Shown here: one piece after another, positions 41,750-56,700 of the stretch
How the letters are laid out: each line of letters begins with the position of its first letter
Position numbering within the stretch: the first letter of the stretch is position 1
DNA from: Eledone cirrhosa
Taxonomy: Eukaryota
Reading direction: 5' to 3'
Length of the DNA stretch: 64,000 nucleotides
NCBI GenBank assembly: GCA_964016885.1
Contig: OZ024742.1
Location: 164,424,001-164,488,000, forward strand
The notes under the pieces: generated by a model
Told to the model about the DNA's origin: nothing
The model's database searches: none
The model's input: the letters and a program-made list of their open reading frames with translations, nothing else
Program-made: the position numbers and the translations under genes

Positions 41750-44700
41750 TTGGCTGGCTGGAAATTATCTCCCCTTGGAGGCTGGAATTTATCTCCCCTT
41801 GGACGGCTAGAAATTACCTCGCCTTGGACGGCTGGAAAATATGTCTCCTTGGACGGCTGGAAATTATCTCCCCTTGGACGGCTGGAAATTATCTCCCCTT
41901 GGACAGCTGGAAATTATCTCCCCTTGGACGGCTAGATATTACCTCCCCTTGGACGGCTGGAAATTATCTCCCCTTGATTTTTTTTACAAATTATCTCCCC
42001 CTGATTTTTTTTTACAAATTATCTCCCCCTGATTTTTTTTTACGAATTATCTCCCCCCGATTTTTTTTTACAAATTATCTCCGCCTGATTTTTTTTAAAA
42101 AATTATCTCCCCTTGAACGGCTGGAAATTATCTCCCCTTGGACGGCTGGAAATTATCTCCCCTTGGACGGCTAGAAATTACCTCCCCTTGGACGGCTGCA
42201 AATTATCTCCCCTTGATTTTTTAACAAATTATCTCCCCCTGATTTTTTTTTACAACTTATCTCCCCCTGATTTTTTTTTTACAAATTATCTCCCCCTGAT
42301 TTTTTTTTACAAATTATCTCCCCCTGATTTTTTTTACAAATTATCTACCCCTGATTTTTTTTACAATCTCCGCCTGATTTTTTAAAAAATTATCTTCCCT
42401 TGGCTGGCGGGAAATTATCTCCCCTTGGACGGCTGGAAATTATCTCCCCTTGGACGGCTGGAAATTATCTCCCCTTGGACAGCTGGAAATTATCTGCCCT
42501 TGATTTTGTTTTTACAAATTATCTCCCCCTGATTTTTTTTACAAATTATCTCCACCTGATTTTTTAAAAAATTATCTCCCCTTGGACGGCTGGAAATTAT
42601 CTCCCCTTGATTTTTTTACAAATTATCTCCCCCTGATTTTTTTTACAAATTATCTCCGCCTGATTTTTTTAAATATTATCTTCCCTTGGCTGGCGGGAAA
42701 TTATCTCCCCTTGGACGGCTGGAAATTATCTCCCCTTGATTTTTTTTACAAATTATCTCCCCCTGATTTTTTTTTACAAATTATCTCCCCCTGATTTTTT
42801 TTTACAAATTATCTCCCCCTGATTTTTTTTTACAAATTATCTCCCCCTGATTTTTTTTTACAAATCTCCCCCTGATTTTTTTATAAATTATCTCCCCTTG
42901 GCTGGCTGGAAATTATCTCCCCTTGGAGGCTGGAATTTATCTCCCCTTGGACGGCTAGAAATTACCTCTCCTTGGATGGCTGGAAAATATGTCTCCTTGG
43001 ACGGCTGGATATTATCTACCCTTGGACGGCTGGAAATTATCTCCCCTTGGACGGCTGGAAATTATCTCCCCTTGGACGGCTAGATATTACCTCCCATTGG
43101 ACGGCTGGAAATTATCTCCCCTTGATTTTTTTTACAAATTATCTCCCCCTGATTTTTTTTTACGAATTATCTCCCCCTGATTTTTTTTTACAAATTATCT
43201 CCGCCTGATTTTTTTTTTAAAATTATCTCCCCTTGAACGGCTGGAAATTATCTCCCCTTGGACGGCTGGAAATTATCTCCCCTTGGACGGCTAGAAATTA
43301 CCTCTCCTTGGACGGCTGAAAATTATCTCCCCTTGGACGGCTGCAAATTATCTCCCCTTGATTTTTTTAACAAATTATCTCCCCCTGATTTTTTTTTACA
43401 AATTATCTCCCCCTGATTTTTTTTTACAAATTATCTACGCCTAATTTTTTTTACAAATTATCTCCCCCTGATTTTTTTTTACAAATTATCTCCCCCTGAT
43501 TTTTTTTACAAATTATCTCCCCCTGATTTTTTTTACAAATTATCTCCCCCTGATTTTTTTACAAATTATCTCCCCCCTGATTTTTTTTACAATCTCCGCC
43601 TGATTTTTTTAAAAATTATCTTCCCTTGGCTGGCGGGAAATTATCTCCCCTTGGACGGCTGGAAATTATATCCCCTTGGAAGGATGGAAATTATCTCCCC
43701 TTGGACGGCTGGAAATTATCTCCCCTTGGACGGCTGGAAATTACCTCCCCTTGGACAGCTGGAAATTATCTGCCCTTGATTTTGTTTTTACAAATTATCT
43801 CCCCCTGATTTTTTTTACAAATTATCTCCACCTGATTTTTTAAAAAATTATCTCCCCTTGGACGGCTGGAAATTATCTACCCTTGGACGGCTGGAAATTA
43901 TCTCCCCTTGATTTTTTTTTACAAATTATCTCCCCCTGATTTTTTTTTACAAATTATCTCCCCCTGATTTTTTTTACAAATTATCTCCCCCTGATTTTTT
44001 TTTACAAATTATTTCCCCCTGATTTTTTTACAAATTATCTCCCCCCTGATTTTTTTTACAATCTCCGCCTGATTTTTTTAAAAATTATCTTCCCTTGGCT
44101 GGCGGGAAATTATCTCCCCTTGGACGGCTGGAAATTATATCCCCTTGGAAGGATGGAAATTATCTCCCCTTGGACGGCTGGAAATTATCTCCCCTTGGAC
44201 GGCTGGAAATTATCTCCCCTTGGACAGCTGGAAATTATCTGCCCTTGATTTTGTTTTTACAAATTATCTCCCCCTGATTTTTTTTACAAATTATCTCCAC
44301 CTGATTTTTTAAAAAATTATCTCCCCTTGGACGGCTGGAAATTATCTCCCCTTGATTTTTTTTACAAATTATCTCCCCCTGATTTTTTTTTACAAATTAT
44401 CTCCCCCTGATTTTTTTTTACAAATTATCTCCCCCTGATTTTTTTTTACAAATTATCTCACCCTGATTTTTTTTACAAATTATCTCTCCCTGATTTTTTT
44501 ACAAATTATCTCCCCTTGGCTGGCTGGAAATTATCTCCCCTTGGAGGCTGGAATTTATCTCCCCTTGGACGGCTAGAAATTACCTCTCCTTGGACGGCTG
44601 GAAAATATGTCTCCTTGGACGGCTGGATATTATCTACCCTTGGACGGCTGGAAATTATCTCCCCTTGGACGGCTGGAAATTATCTCCTCTTGGACGGCTA

Positions 44701-47700
44701 GATATTACCTCCCCTTGGACGGCTGGAAATTATCTCCCCTTGATTTTTTTACAAATTATCTCCCCCTGATTTTTTTACAAATTATCTCCCCCTGATTTTT
44801 TTTACAAATTATCTCCGCCTAATTTTTTTAAATATTATCTTCCCTTGGCTGGCGGGAAATTATCTCCCCTTGGACGGCTGAAAATTATCTCCCCTTGGAC
44901 GGCTGGAAATTATCTCCCCTTGATTTTTTTTACAAATTATCTCCCCCTGATTTTTTTTTACAAATTATCTCCCCCTGATTTTTTTTACAAATTATCTCCC
45001 CCTGATTTTTTTACAAATTATCTCCCCTTGGCTGGCTGGAAATTATCTCCCCTTGGAGGCTGGAATTTATCTCCCCTTGGACGGCTAGAAATTACCTCTC
45101 CTTGGAAGGCTGGAAAATATGTCCTTGGACGGCTGGATATTATCTACCCTTGGACGGCTGGAAATTATCTCCCCTTGGACGGCTGGAAATTATCTCCCCT
45201 TGGACGGCTAGATATTACCTCCCCTTGGACGGCTGAAAATTATCTCCCCTTGGACGGCTGGAAATTATCTCCCCTTGATTTTTTTTACAAATTATCTCCC
45301 CCTGATTATTTTTTACAAATTATCCCCTGATTTTTTTTTTACAAATTATCTCCCCCTGATTTTTTTTACAAATTATCTCCCCCTGATTTTTTTACAAATT
45401 ATCTCCCCTTGGCTGGCTGGAAATTATCTCCCATTGGAGGCTGGAATTTATCTCCCCTTGGACGGTTAGAAATTACCTCCCCTTGGACGGCTGGAAAATA
45501 TGTCTCCTTGGACGGCTGGAAATTATCGCCCCTTGGACGGCTGGAAATTATCTCCCCTTGGACGGCTGGAAATTATCTCTCATCGGACGGCTAGAAATTA
45601 CCTCTCCTTGGACAGCTGAAAATTATCTCCCCTTGGACGGCTGGAAATTATCTCCCCTTGATTTTTTTTACAAATTATCTCCCCCTGATTTTTTTTTACA
45701 AATTATCTCCCCCTGATTTTTTTTTACAAATTATCTCCCCCTGATTTTTTTTTACAAATTATCTCCCCCTGATATTTTTTACAAATTATCTCCCCCTGAT
45801 TTTTTTACAAATTATCTCCCCTTGGCTGGCTGGAAATTATCTCCCCTTGGAGGCTGGAATTTATCTCCCCTTGGACGGCTAGAAATTACCTCGCCTTGGA
45901 CGGCTGGAAAATATGTCTCCTTGGACGGCTGGAAATTATCTCCCCTTGGACGGCTGGAAATTATCTCCCCTTGGACAGCTGGAAATTATCTCCCCTTGGA
46001 CGGCTAGATATTACCTCCCCTTGGACGGCTGGAAATTATCTCCCCTTGATTTTTTTTACAAATTATCTCCCCCTGATTTTTTTTTACAAATTATCTCCCC
46101 CTGATTTTTTTTTACGAATTATCTCCCCCCGATTTTTTTTACAAATTATCTCCCCCTGATTTTTTTTTACAAATTATCTACGCCTAATTTTTTTTACAAA
46201 TTATCTCCCCCTGATTTTTTTTACAAATTATCTCCCCCTGATTTTTTTTACAAATTATCTCCCCCTGATTTTTTTTTACAAATTATTTCCCCCTGATTTT
46301 TTTACAAATTATCTCCCCCCTGATATTTTTAAAAATTATCTTCCCTTGGCTGGCGGGAAATTATCTCCCCTTGGACGGCTGGAAATTATATCCCCTTGGA
46401 GGCTGGAATTTATCTCCCCTTGGACGGCTAGAAATTACCTCGCCTTGGACGGCTGGAAAATATGTCTCCTTGGACGGCTGGAAATTATCTCCCCTTGGAC
46501 GGCTGGAAATTATCTCCCCTTGGACGGCTGGAAATTATCTCCCCTTGGACGGCTAGATATTACCTCCCCTTGGACGGCTGGAAATTATCTCCCCTTGATT
46601 TTTTTTACAAATTATCTCCCCCTGATTTTTTTTTACAAATTATCTCCCCCTGATTTTTTTTTACGAATTATCTCCCCCTGATTTTTTTTTACAAATTATC
46701 TCCCCTTGAACGGCTGGAAATTATCTCCCCTTGGACGGCTGGAAATTATCTCCCCTTGAAAGGCTAGAAATTACCTCTCCTTGGACGGCTATAAATTATC
46801 TCCCCTTGGACGGCTGCAAATTATCTCCCCTTGATTTTTTAACAAATTACCTCGCCTTGGACGGCTGGAAAATATGTCTCCTTGGACGGCTGGAAATTAT
46901 CTCCCCTTGGACGGCTGGAAATTATCTCCCCTTGGACGGCTGGAAATTATCTCCCATTGGACGGCTAGATATTACCTCCCCTTGGACGGCTGCAAATTAT
47001 CTCCCCTTGATTTTTTTAACAAATTATCTCCCCCTGATTTTTTTTTACAAATTATCTCCCCCTGATTTTTTTTTACAAATTATCTACGCCTAATTTTTTT
47101 TACAAATTATCTCCCCCTGATTTTTTTTTACAAATTATCTCCCCCTGATTTTTTTTACAAATTATCTCCCCCTGATTTTTTTTTACAAATTATCTCCCCC
47201 TGATTTTTTTACAAATTATCTCCCCCCTGATTTTTTTTACAATCTCCGCCTGATTTTTTTAAAAATTATCTTCCCTTGGCTGGCGGGAAATTATCTCCCC
47301 TTGGACGGCTGGAAATTATATCCCCTTGGAAGGATGGAAATTATCTCCCCTTGGACGGCTGGAAATTATCTCCTCTTGGACGGCTGGAAATTATCTCCCC
47401 TTGGACAGCTGGAAATTATCTGCCCTTGATTTTGTTTTTACAAATTATCTCCCCCTGATTTTTTTTACAAATTATCTCCACCTGATTTTTTAAAAAATTA
47501 TCTCCCCTTGGACGGCTGGAAATTATCTCCCCTTGATTTTTTTACAAATTATCTCCCCCTGATTTTTTTTACAAATTATCTCCCCCTGATTTTTTTTTTA
47601 CAAATTATCTCCCCCTGATTTTTTTACAAATTATCTCCCCCTGATTTTTTTTACAAATTATCTCCGCCTGATTTTTTTAAATATTATCTTCCCTTGGCTG

Positions 47701-50700
47701 GCGGGAAATTATCTCCCCTTGGACGGCTGAAAATTATCTCCCCTTGGACGGCTGGAAATTATCTCCCCTTGATTTTTTTTACAAATTATCTCCCCCTGAT
47801 TTTTTTTACAAATTATCTCCCCCTGATTTTTTTTTACAAATTATCTCCCCCTGATTTTTTTTTACAAATTATCTGCCCCTGATTTTTTTTACAAATTATC
47901 TCCCCCTGATTTTTTTACAAATTATCTCCCCTTGGCTGGCTGGAAATTATCTCCCCTTGGAGGCTGGAATTTATCTCCCATTGGACGGCTAGAAATTACC
48001 TCTCCTTGGAAGGCTGGAAAATATTTCTCCTTGGACGGCTGGATATTATCTACCCTTGGACGGGTGGAAATTATCTCCCCTTGGACGGCTGGAAATTATC
48101 TCCCCTTGGACAGCTAGATATTACCTCCCCTTGGACGGCTGGAAATTATCTCCCCTTGATTTTTTTTACAAATTATCTCCCCCTGATTTTTTTTACAAAT
48201 TATCTCCACCTGATTTTTTTACAAATTATCTCCCCCTGATTTTTTTTACAAATTATCTCCCCCTGATTTTTTTACAAATTATCTCCCCTTGGCTGGCTGG
48301 AAATTATCTCCCCTTGGAGGCTGGAATTTATCTCCCCTTGGACGGCTGGAAATTATCTCCCCTTGATTTTTTTTACAAATTATCTCCCCCTGATTTTTTT
48401 TACAAATTATCTCCCCCTGATTTTTTTTACAAATTATCTCCCCCTGATTTTTTTTACAAATTATCTCCCCCTGATTTTTTTACAAATTATCTCCCCCTGA
48501 TTTTTTTACAAATTATCTCCCCCTGATTTTTTTTTACAAATTATCTACGCCTAATTTTTTTTACAAATTATCTCCCCCTGATTTTTTTTTACAAATTATC
48601 TCCCCCTGATTTTTTTTTACAAATTATCTCCCCCTGATTTTTTTTTACAAATTATCTCCCCCTGATTTTTTTACAAATTATCTCCCCCCTGATTTTTATT
48701 ACAATCTCCGCCTGATTTTTTAAAAAATTATCTTCCCTTGGCTGGCGGGAAATTATCTTCCCTTGGACGGCTGGAAATTATATCCCCTTGGAAGGATGGA
48801 AATTATCTCCCCTTGGACGGCTGGAAATTATCTCCCCTTGGACGGCTGGAAATTATCTCCCCTTGGACAGCTGGAAATTATCTGCCCTTGATTTTGTTTT
48901 TACAAATTATCTCCCCCTGATTTTTTTTACAAATTATCTCCACCTGATTTTTTAAAAAATTATCTCCCCTTGGACGGCTGGAAATTATCTCCCCTTGGCT
49001 GGAAATTATCTCCCCTTGGACGGCTAGAAATTATCTCTCTTTGGACGGCTGGAAATTATCTGCCTTTGATTTTTTTTACAAATTATCTCCCCCTGATTTT
49101 TTTTTACAAATTATCTCACCCTGATTTTTTTTACAAATTATCTCCCCTTGGCTGGCTGGAAATTATCTCCCCTTGGAGGCTGGAATTTATCTCCCCTTGG
49201 ACGGCTAGAAATTACCTCGCCTTGGACGGCTGGAAAATATGTCTCCTTGGACGGCTGGAAATTATCTCCCCTTGGACGGCTGGAAATTATCTCCCCTTGG
49301 ACAGCTGGAAATTATCTCCCCTTGGACGGCTAGATATTACCTCCCCTTGGACGGCTGGAAATTATCTCCCCTTGATTTTTTTTACAAATTATCTCCCCCT
49401 GATTTTTTTTTACAAATTATCTCCCCCTGATTTTTTTTTACGAATTATCTCCCCCCGATTTTTTTTTACAAATTATCTCCGCCTGATTTTTTTTTAAAAA
49501 TTATCTCCCCTTGAACGGCTGGAAATTATCTCCCCTTGGACGGCTGGAAATTATCTCCCCTTGGACGGCTAGAAATTACCTCTCCTTGGACGGCTGAAAA
49601 TTATCTCCCCTTGGACGGCTGCAAATTATCTCCCCTTGATTTTTTAACAAATTATCTCCCCCTGATTTTTTTTTACAAATTATCTCCCCCTGATTTTTTT
49701 TTTACAAATTATCTCCCCCTGATTTTTTTTTACAAATTATCTCCCCCTGATTTTTTTTACAAATTATCTACCCCTGATTTTTTTTACAATCTCCGCCTGA
49801 TTTTTTAAAAAATTATCTTCCCTTGGCTGGCGGGAAATTATCTCCCCTTGGACGGCTGGAAATTATCTCCCCTTGGACGGCTGGAAATTATCTCCCCTTG
49901 GACAGCTGGAAATTATCTGCCCTTGATTTTGTTTTTACAAATTATCTCCCCCTGATTTTTTTTACAAATTATCTCCACCTGATTTTTTAAAAAATTATCT
50001 CCCCTTGGACGGCTGGAAATTATCTCCCCTTGATTTTTTTACAAATTATCTCCCCCTGATTTTTTTTACAAATTATCTCCGCCTGATTTTTTTAAATATT
50101 ATCTTCCCTTGGCTGGCGGGAAATTATCTCCCCTTGGACGGCTGGAAATTATCTCCCCTTGATTTTTTTTACAAATTATCTCCCCCTGATTTTTTTTTAC
50201 AAATTATCTCCCCCTGATTTTTTTTTACAAATTATCTCCCCCTGATTTTTTTTTACAAATTATCTCCCCCTGATTTTTTTTTACAAATCTCCCCCTGATT
50301 TTTTTATAAATTATCTCCCCTTGGCTGGCTGGAAATTATCTCCCCTTGGAGGCTGGAATTTATCTCCCCTTGGACGGCTAGAAATTACCTCTCCTTGGAT
50401 GGCTGGAAAATATGTCTCCTTGGACGGCTGGATATTATCTACCCTTGGACGGCTGGAAATTATCTCCCCTTGGACGGCTGGAAATTATCTCCCCTTGGAC
50501 GGCTAGATATTACCTCCCATTGGACGGCTGGAAATTATCTCCCCTTGATTTTTTTTACAAATTATCTCCCCCTGATTTTTTTTTACGAATTATCTCCCCC
50601 TGATTTTTTTTTACAAATTATCTCCGCCTGATTTTTTTTTTTAAATTATCTCCCCTTGAACGGCTGGAAATTATCTCCCCTTGGACGGCTGGAAATTATC

Positions 50701-53700
50701 TCCCCTTGGACGGCTAGAAATTACCTCTCCTTGGACGGCTGAAAATTATCTCCCCTTGGACGGCTGCAAATTATCTCCCCTTGATTTTTTTAACAAATTA
50801 TCTCCCCCTGATTTTTTTTTACAAATTATCTCCCACTGATTTTTTTTTACAAATTATCTACGCCTAATTTTTTTTACAAATTATCTCCCCCTGATTTTTT
50901 TTTACAAATTATCTCCCCCTGATTTTTTTTACAAATTATCTCCCCCTGATTTTTTTTACAAATTATCTCCCCCTGATTTTTTTACAAATTATCTCCCCCC
51001 TGATTTTTTTTACAATCTCCGCCTGATTTTTTTAAAAATTATCTTCCCTTGGCTGGCGGGAAATTATCTCCCCTTGGACGGCTGGAAATTATATCCCCTT
51101 GGAAGGATGGAAATTATCTCCCCTTGGACGGCTGGAAATTATCTCCCCTTGGACGGCTGGAAATTACCTCCCCTTGGACAGCTGGAAATTATCTGCCCTT
51201 GATTTTGTTTTTACAAATTATCTCCCCCTGATTTTTTTTACAAATTATCTCCACCTGATTTTTTAAAAAATTATCTCCCCTTGGACGGCTGGAAATTATC
51301 TCCCCTTGGACGGCTGGAAATTATCTCCCCTTGATTTTTTTTTACAAATTATCTCCCCCTGATTTTTTTTTACAAATTATCTCCCCCTGATTTTTTTTAC
51401 AAATTATCTCCCCCTGATTTTTTTTTACAAATTATTTCCCCCTGATTTTTTTACAAATTATCTCCCCCCTGATTTTTTTTACAATCTCCGCCTGATTTTT
51501 TTAAAAATTATCTTCCCTTGGCTGGCGGGAAATTATCTCCCCTTGGACGGCTGGAAATTATATCCCCTTGGAAGGATGGAAATTATCTCCCCTTGGACGG
51601 CTGGAAATTATCTCCCCTTGGACGGCTGGAAATTATCTCCCCTTGGACAGCTGGAAATTATCTGCCCTTGATTTTGTTTTTACAAATTATCTCCCCCTGA
51701 TTTTTTTTACAAATTATCTCCACCTGATTTTTTAAAAAATTATCTCCCCTTGGACGGCTGGAAATTATCTCCCCTTGATTTTTTTTACAAATTATCTCCC
51801 CCTGATTTTTTTTTACAAATTATCTCCCCCTGATTTTTTTTTACAAATTATCTCCCCCTGATTTTTTTTTACAAATTATCTCACCCTGATTTTTTTTACA
51901 AATTATCTCTCCCTGATTTTTTTACAAATTATCTCCCCTTGGCTGGCTGGAAATTATCTCCCCTTGGAGGCTGGAATTTATCTCCCCTTGGACGGCTAGA
52001 AATTACCTCTCCTTGGACGGCTGGAAAATATGTCTCCTTGGACGGCTGGATATTATCTACCCTTGGACGGCTGGAAATTATCTCCCCTTGGACGGCTGGA
52101 AATTATCTCCTCTTGGACGGCTAGATATTACCTCCCCTTGGACGGCTGGAAATTATCTCCCCTTGATTTTTTTACAAATTATCTCCCCCTGATTTTTTTA
52201 CAAATTATCTCCCCCTGATTTTTTTTACAAATTATCTCCGCCTAATTTTTTTAAATATTATCTTCCCTTGGCTGGCGGGAAATTATCTCCCCTTGGACGG
52301 CTGAAAATTATCTCCCCTTGGACGGCTGGAAATTATCTCCCCTTGATTTTTTTTACAAATTATCTCCCCCTGATTTTTTTTTACAAATTATCTCCCCCTG
52401 ATTTTTTTTACAAATTATCTCCCCCTGATTTTTTTACAAATTATCTCCCCTTGGCTGGCTGGAAATTATCTCCCCTTGGAGGCTAGAATTTATCTCCCCT
52501 TGGACGGCTAGAAATTACCTCTCCTTGGAAGGCTGGAAAATATGTCCTTGGACGGCTGGATATTATCTACCCTTGGACGGCTGGAAATTATCTCCCCTTG
52601 GACGGCTGGAAATTATCTCCCCTTGGACGGCTAGATATTACCTCCCCTTGGACGGCTGAAAATTATCTCCCCTTGGACGGCTGGAAATTATCTCCCCTTG
52701 ATTTTTTTTACAAATTATCTCCCCCTGATTATTTTTTACAAATTATCCCCTGATTTTTTTTTTACAAATTATCTCCCCCTGATTTTTTTTACAAATTATC
52801 TCCCCCTGATTTTTTTACAAATTATCTCCCCTTGGCTGGCTGGAAATTATCTCCCATTGGAGGCTGGAATTTATCTCCCCTTGGACGGTTAGAAATTACC
52901 TCCCCTTGGACGGCTGGAAAATATGTCTCCTTGGACGGCTGGAAATTATCGCCCCTTGGACGGCTGGAAATTATCTCCCCTTGGACGGCTGGAAATTATC
53001 TCTCATCGGACGGCTAGAAATTACCTCTCCTTGGACAGCTGAAAATTATCTCCCCTTGGACGGCTGGAAATTATCTCCCCTTGATTTTTTTTACAAATTA
53101 TCTCCCCCTGATTTTTTTTTACAAATTATCTCCCCCTGATTTTTTTTTACAAATTATCTCCCCCTGATTTTTTTTTACAAATTATCTCCCCCTGATATTT
53201 TTTACAAATTATCTCCCCCTGATTTTTTTACAAATTATCTCCCCTTGGCTGGCTGGAAATTATCTCCCCTTGGAGGCTGGAATTTATCTCCCCTTGGACG
53301 GCTAGAAATTACCTCGCCTTGGACGGCTGGAAAATATGTCTCCTTGGACGGCTGGAAATTATCTCCCCTTGGACGGCTGGAAATTATCTCCCCTTGGACA
53401 GCTGGAAATTATCTCCCCTTGGACGGCTAGATATTACCTCCCCTTGGACGGCTGGAAATTATCTCCCCTTGATTTTTTTTACAAATTATCTCCCCCTGAT
53501 TTTTTTTTACAAATTATCTCCCCCTGATTTTTTTTTACGAATTATCTCCCCCCGATTTTTTTTACAAATTATCTCCCCCTGATTTTTTTTTACAAATTAT
53601 CTACGCCTAATTTTTTTTACAAATTATCTCCCCCTGATTTTTTTTACAAATTATCTCCCCCTGATTTTTTTTACAAATTATCTCCCCCTGATTTTTTTTT

Positions 53701-56700
53701 ACAAATTATTTCCCCCTGATTTTTTTACAAATTATCTCCCCCCTGATATTTTTAAAAATTATCTTCCCTTGGCTGGCGGGAAATTATCTCCCCTTGGACG
53801 GCTGGAAATTATATCCCCTTGGAGGCTGGAATTTATCTCCCCTTGGACGGCTAGAAATTACCTCGCCTTGGACGGCTGGAAAATATGTCTCCTTGGACGG
53901 CTGGAAATTATCTCCCCTTGGACGGCTGGAAATTATCTCCCCTTGGACGGCTGGAAATTATCTCCCCTTGGACGGCTAGATATTACCTCCCCTTGGACGG
54001 CTGGAAATTATCTCCCCTTGATTTTTTTTACAAATTATCTCCCCCTGATTTTTTTTTACAAATTATCTCCCCCTGATTTTTTTTTACGAATTATCTCCCC
54101 CTGATTTTTTTTTACAAATTATCTCCCCTTGAACGGCTGGAAATTATCTCCCCTTGGACGGCTGGAAATTATCTCCCCTTGAAAGGCTAGAAATTACCTC
54201 TCCTTGGACGGCTATAAATTATCTCCCCTTGGACGGCTGCAAATTATCTCCCCTTGATTTTTTAACAAATTACCTCGCCTTGGACGGCTGGAAAATATGT
54301 CTCCTTGGACGGCTGGAAATTATCTCCCCTTGGACGGCTGGAAATTATCTCCCCTTGGACGGCTGGAAATTATCTCCCATTGGACGGCTAGATATTACCT
54401 CCCCTTGGACGGCTGCAAATTATCTCCCCTTGATTTTTTTAACAAATTATCTCCCCCTGATTTTTTTTTACAAATTATCTCCCCCTGATTTTTTTTTACA
54501 AATTATCTACGCCTAATTTTTTTTACAAATTATCTCCCCCTGATTTTTTTTTACAAATTATCTCCCCCTGATTTTTTTTACAAATTATCTCCCCCTGATT
54601 TTTTTTTACAAATTATCTCCCCCTGATTTTTTTACAAATTATCTCCCCCCTGATTTTTTTTACAATCTCCGCCTGATTTTTTTAAAAATTATCTTCCCTT
54701 GGCTGGCGGGAAATTATCTCCCCTTGGACGGCTGGAAATTATATCCCCTTGGAAGGATGGAAATTATCTCCCCTTGGACGGCTGGAAATTATCTCCTCTT
54801 GGACGGCTGGAAATTATCTCCCCTTGGACAGCTGGAAATTATCTGCCCTTGATTTTGTTTTTACAAATTATCTCCCCCTGATTTTTTTTACAAATTATCT
54901 CCACCTGATTTTTTAAAAAATTATCTCCCCTTGGACGGCTGGAAATTATCTCCCCTTGATTTTTTTACAAATTATCTCCCCCTGATTTTTTTTACAAATT
55001 ATCTCCCCCTGATTTTTTTTTTACAAATTATCTCCCCCTGATTTTTTTACAAATTATCTCCCCCTGATTTTTTTTACAAATTATCTCCGCCTGATTTTTT
55101 TAAATATTATCTTCCCTTGGCTGGCGGGAAATTATCTCCCCTTGGACGGCTGAAAATTATCTCCCCTTGGACGGCTGGAAATTATCTCCCCTTGATTTTT
55201 TTTACAAATTATCTCCCCCTGATTTTTTTTACAAATTATCTCCCCCTGATTTTTTTTTACAAATTATCTCCCCCTGATTTTTTTTTACAAATTATCTGCC
55301 CCTGATTTTTTTTACAAATTATCTCCCCCTGATTTTTTTACAAATTATCTCCCCTTGGCTGGCTGGAAATTATCTCCCCTTGGAGGCTGGAATTTATCTC
55401 CCATTGGACGGCTAGAAATTACCTCTCCTTGGAAGGCTGGAAAATATTTCTCCTTGGACGGCTGGATATTATCTACCCTTGGACGGGTGGAAATTATCTC
55501 CCCTTGGACGGCTGGAAATTATCTCCCCTTGGACAGCTAGATATTACCTCCCCTTGGACGGCTGGAAATTATCTCCCCTTGATTTTTTTTACAAATTATC
55601 TCCCCCTGATTTTTTTTACAAATTATCTCCACCTGATTTTTTTACAAATTATCTCCCCCTGATTTTTTTTACAAATTATCTCCCCCTGATTTTTTTACAA
55701 ATTATCTCCCCTTGGCTGGCTGGAAATTATCTCCCCTTGGAGGCTGGAATTTATCTCCCCTTGGACGGCTGGAAATTATCTCCCCTTGATTTTTTTTACA
55801 AATTATCTACCCCTGATTTTTTTTACAAATTATCTCCCCCTGATTTTTTTTACAAATTATCTCCCCCTGATTTTTTTACAAATTATCTCCCCCTGATTTT
55901 TTTACAAATTATCTCCCCCTGATTTTTTTTTACAAATTATCTACGCCTAATTTTTTTTACAAATTATCTCCCCCTGATTTTTTTTTACAAATTATCTCCC
56001 CCTGATTTTTTTTTACAAATTATCTCCCCCTGATTTTTTTTTACAAATTATCTCCCCCTGATTTTTTTACAAATTATCTCCCCCCTGATTTTTATTACAA
56101 TCTCCGCCTGATTTTTTAAAAAATTATCTTCCCTTGGCTGGCGGGAAATTATCTTCCCTTGGACGGCTGGAAATTATATCCCCTTGGAAGGATGGAAATT
56201 ATCTCCCCTTGGACGGCTGGAAATTATCTCCCCTTGGACGGCTGGAAATTATCTCCCCTTGGACAGCTGGAAATTATCTGCCCTTGATTTTGTTTTTACA
56301 AATTATCTCCCCCTGATTTTTTTTACAAATTATCTCCACCTGATTTTTTAAAAAATTATCTCCCCTTGGACGGCTGGAAATTATCTCCCCTTGGCTGGAA
56401 ATTATCTCCCCTTGGACGGCTAGAAATTATCTCTCTTTGGACGGCTGGAAATTATCTGCCTTTGATTTTTTTTACAAATTATCTCCCCCTGATTTTTTTT
56501 TACAAATTATCTCACCCTGATTTTTTTTACAAATTATCTCCCCTTGGCTGGCTGGAAATTATCTCCCCTTGGAGGCTGGAATTTATCTCCCCTTGGACGG
56601 CTAGAAATTACCTCGCCTTGGACGGCTGGAAAATATGTCTCCTTGGACGGCTGGAAATTATCTCCCCTTGGACGGCTGGAAATTATCTCCCCTTGGACAG

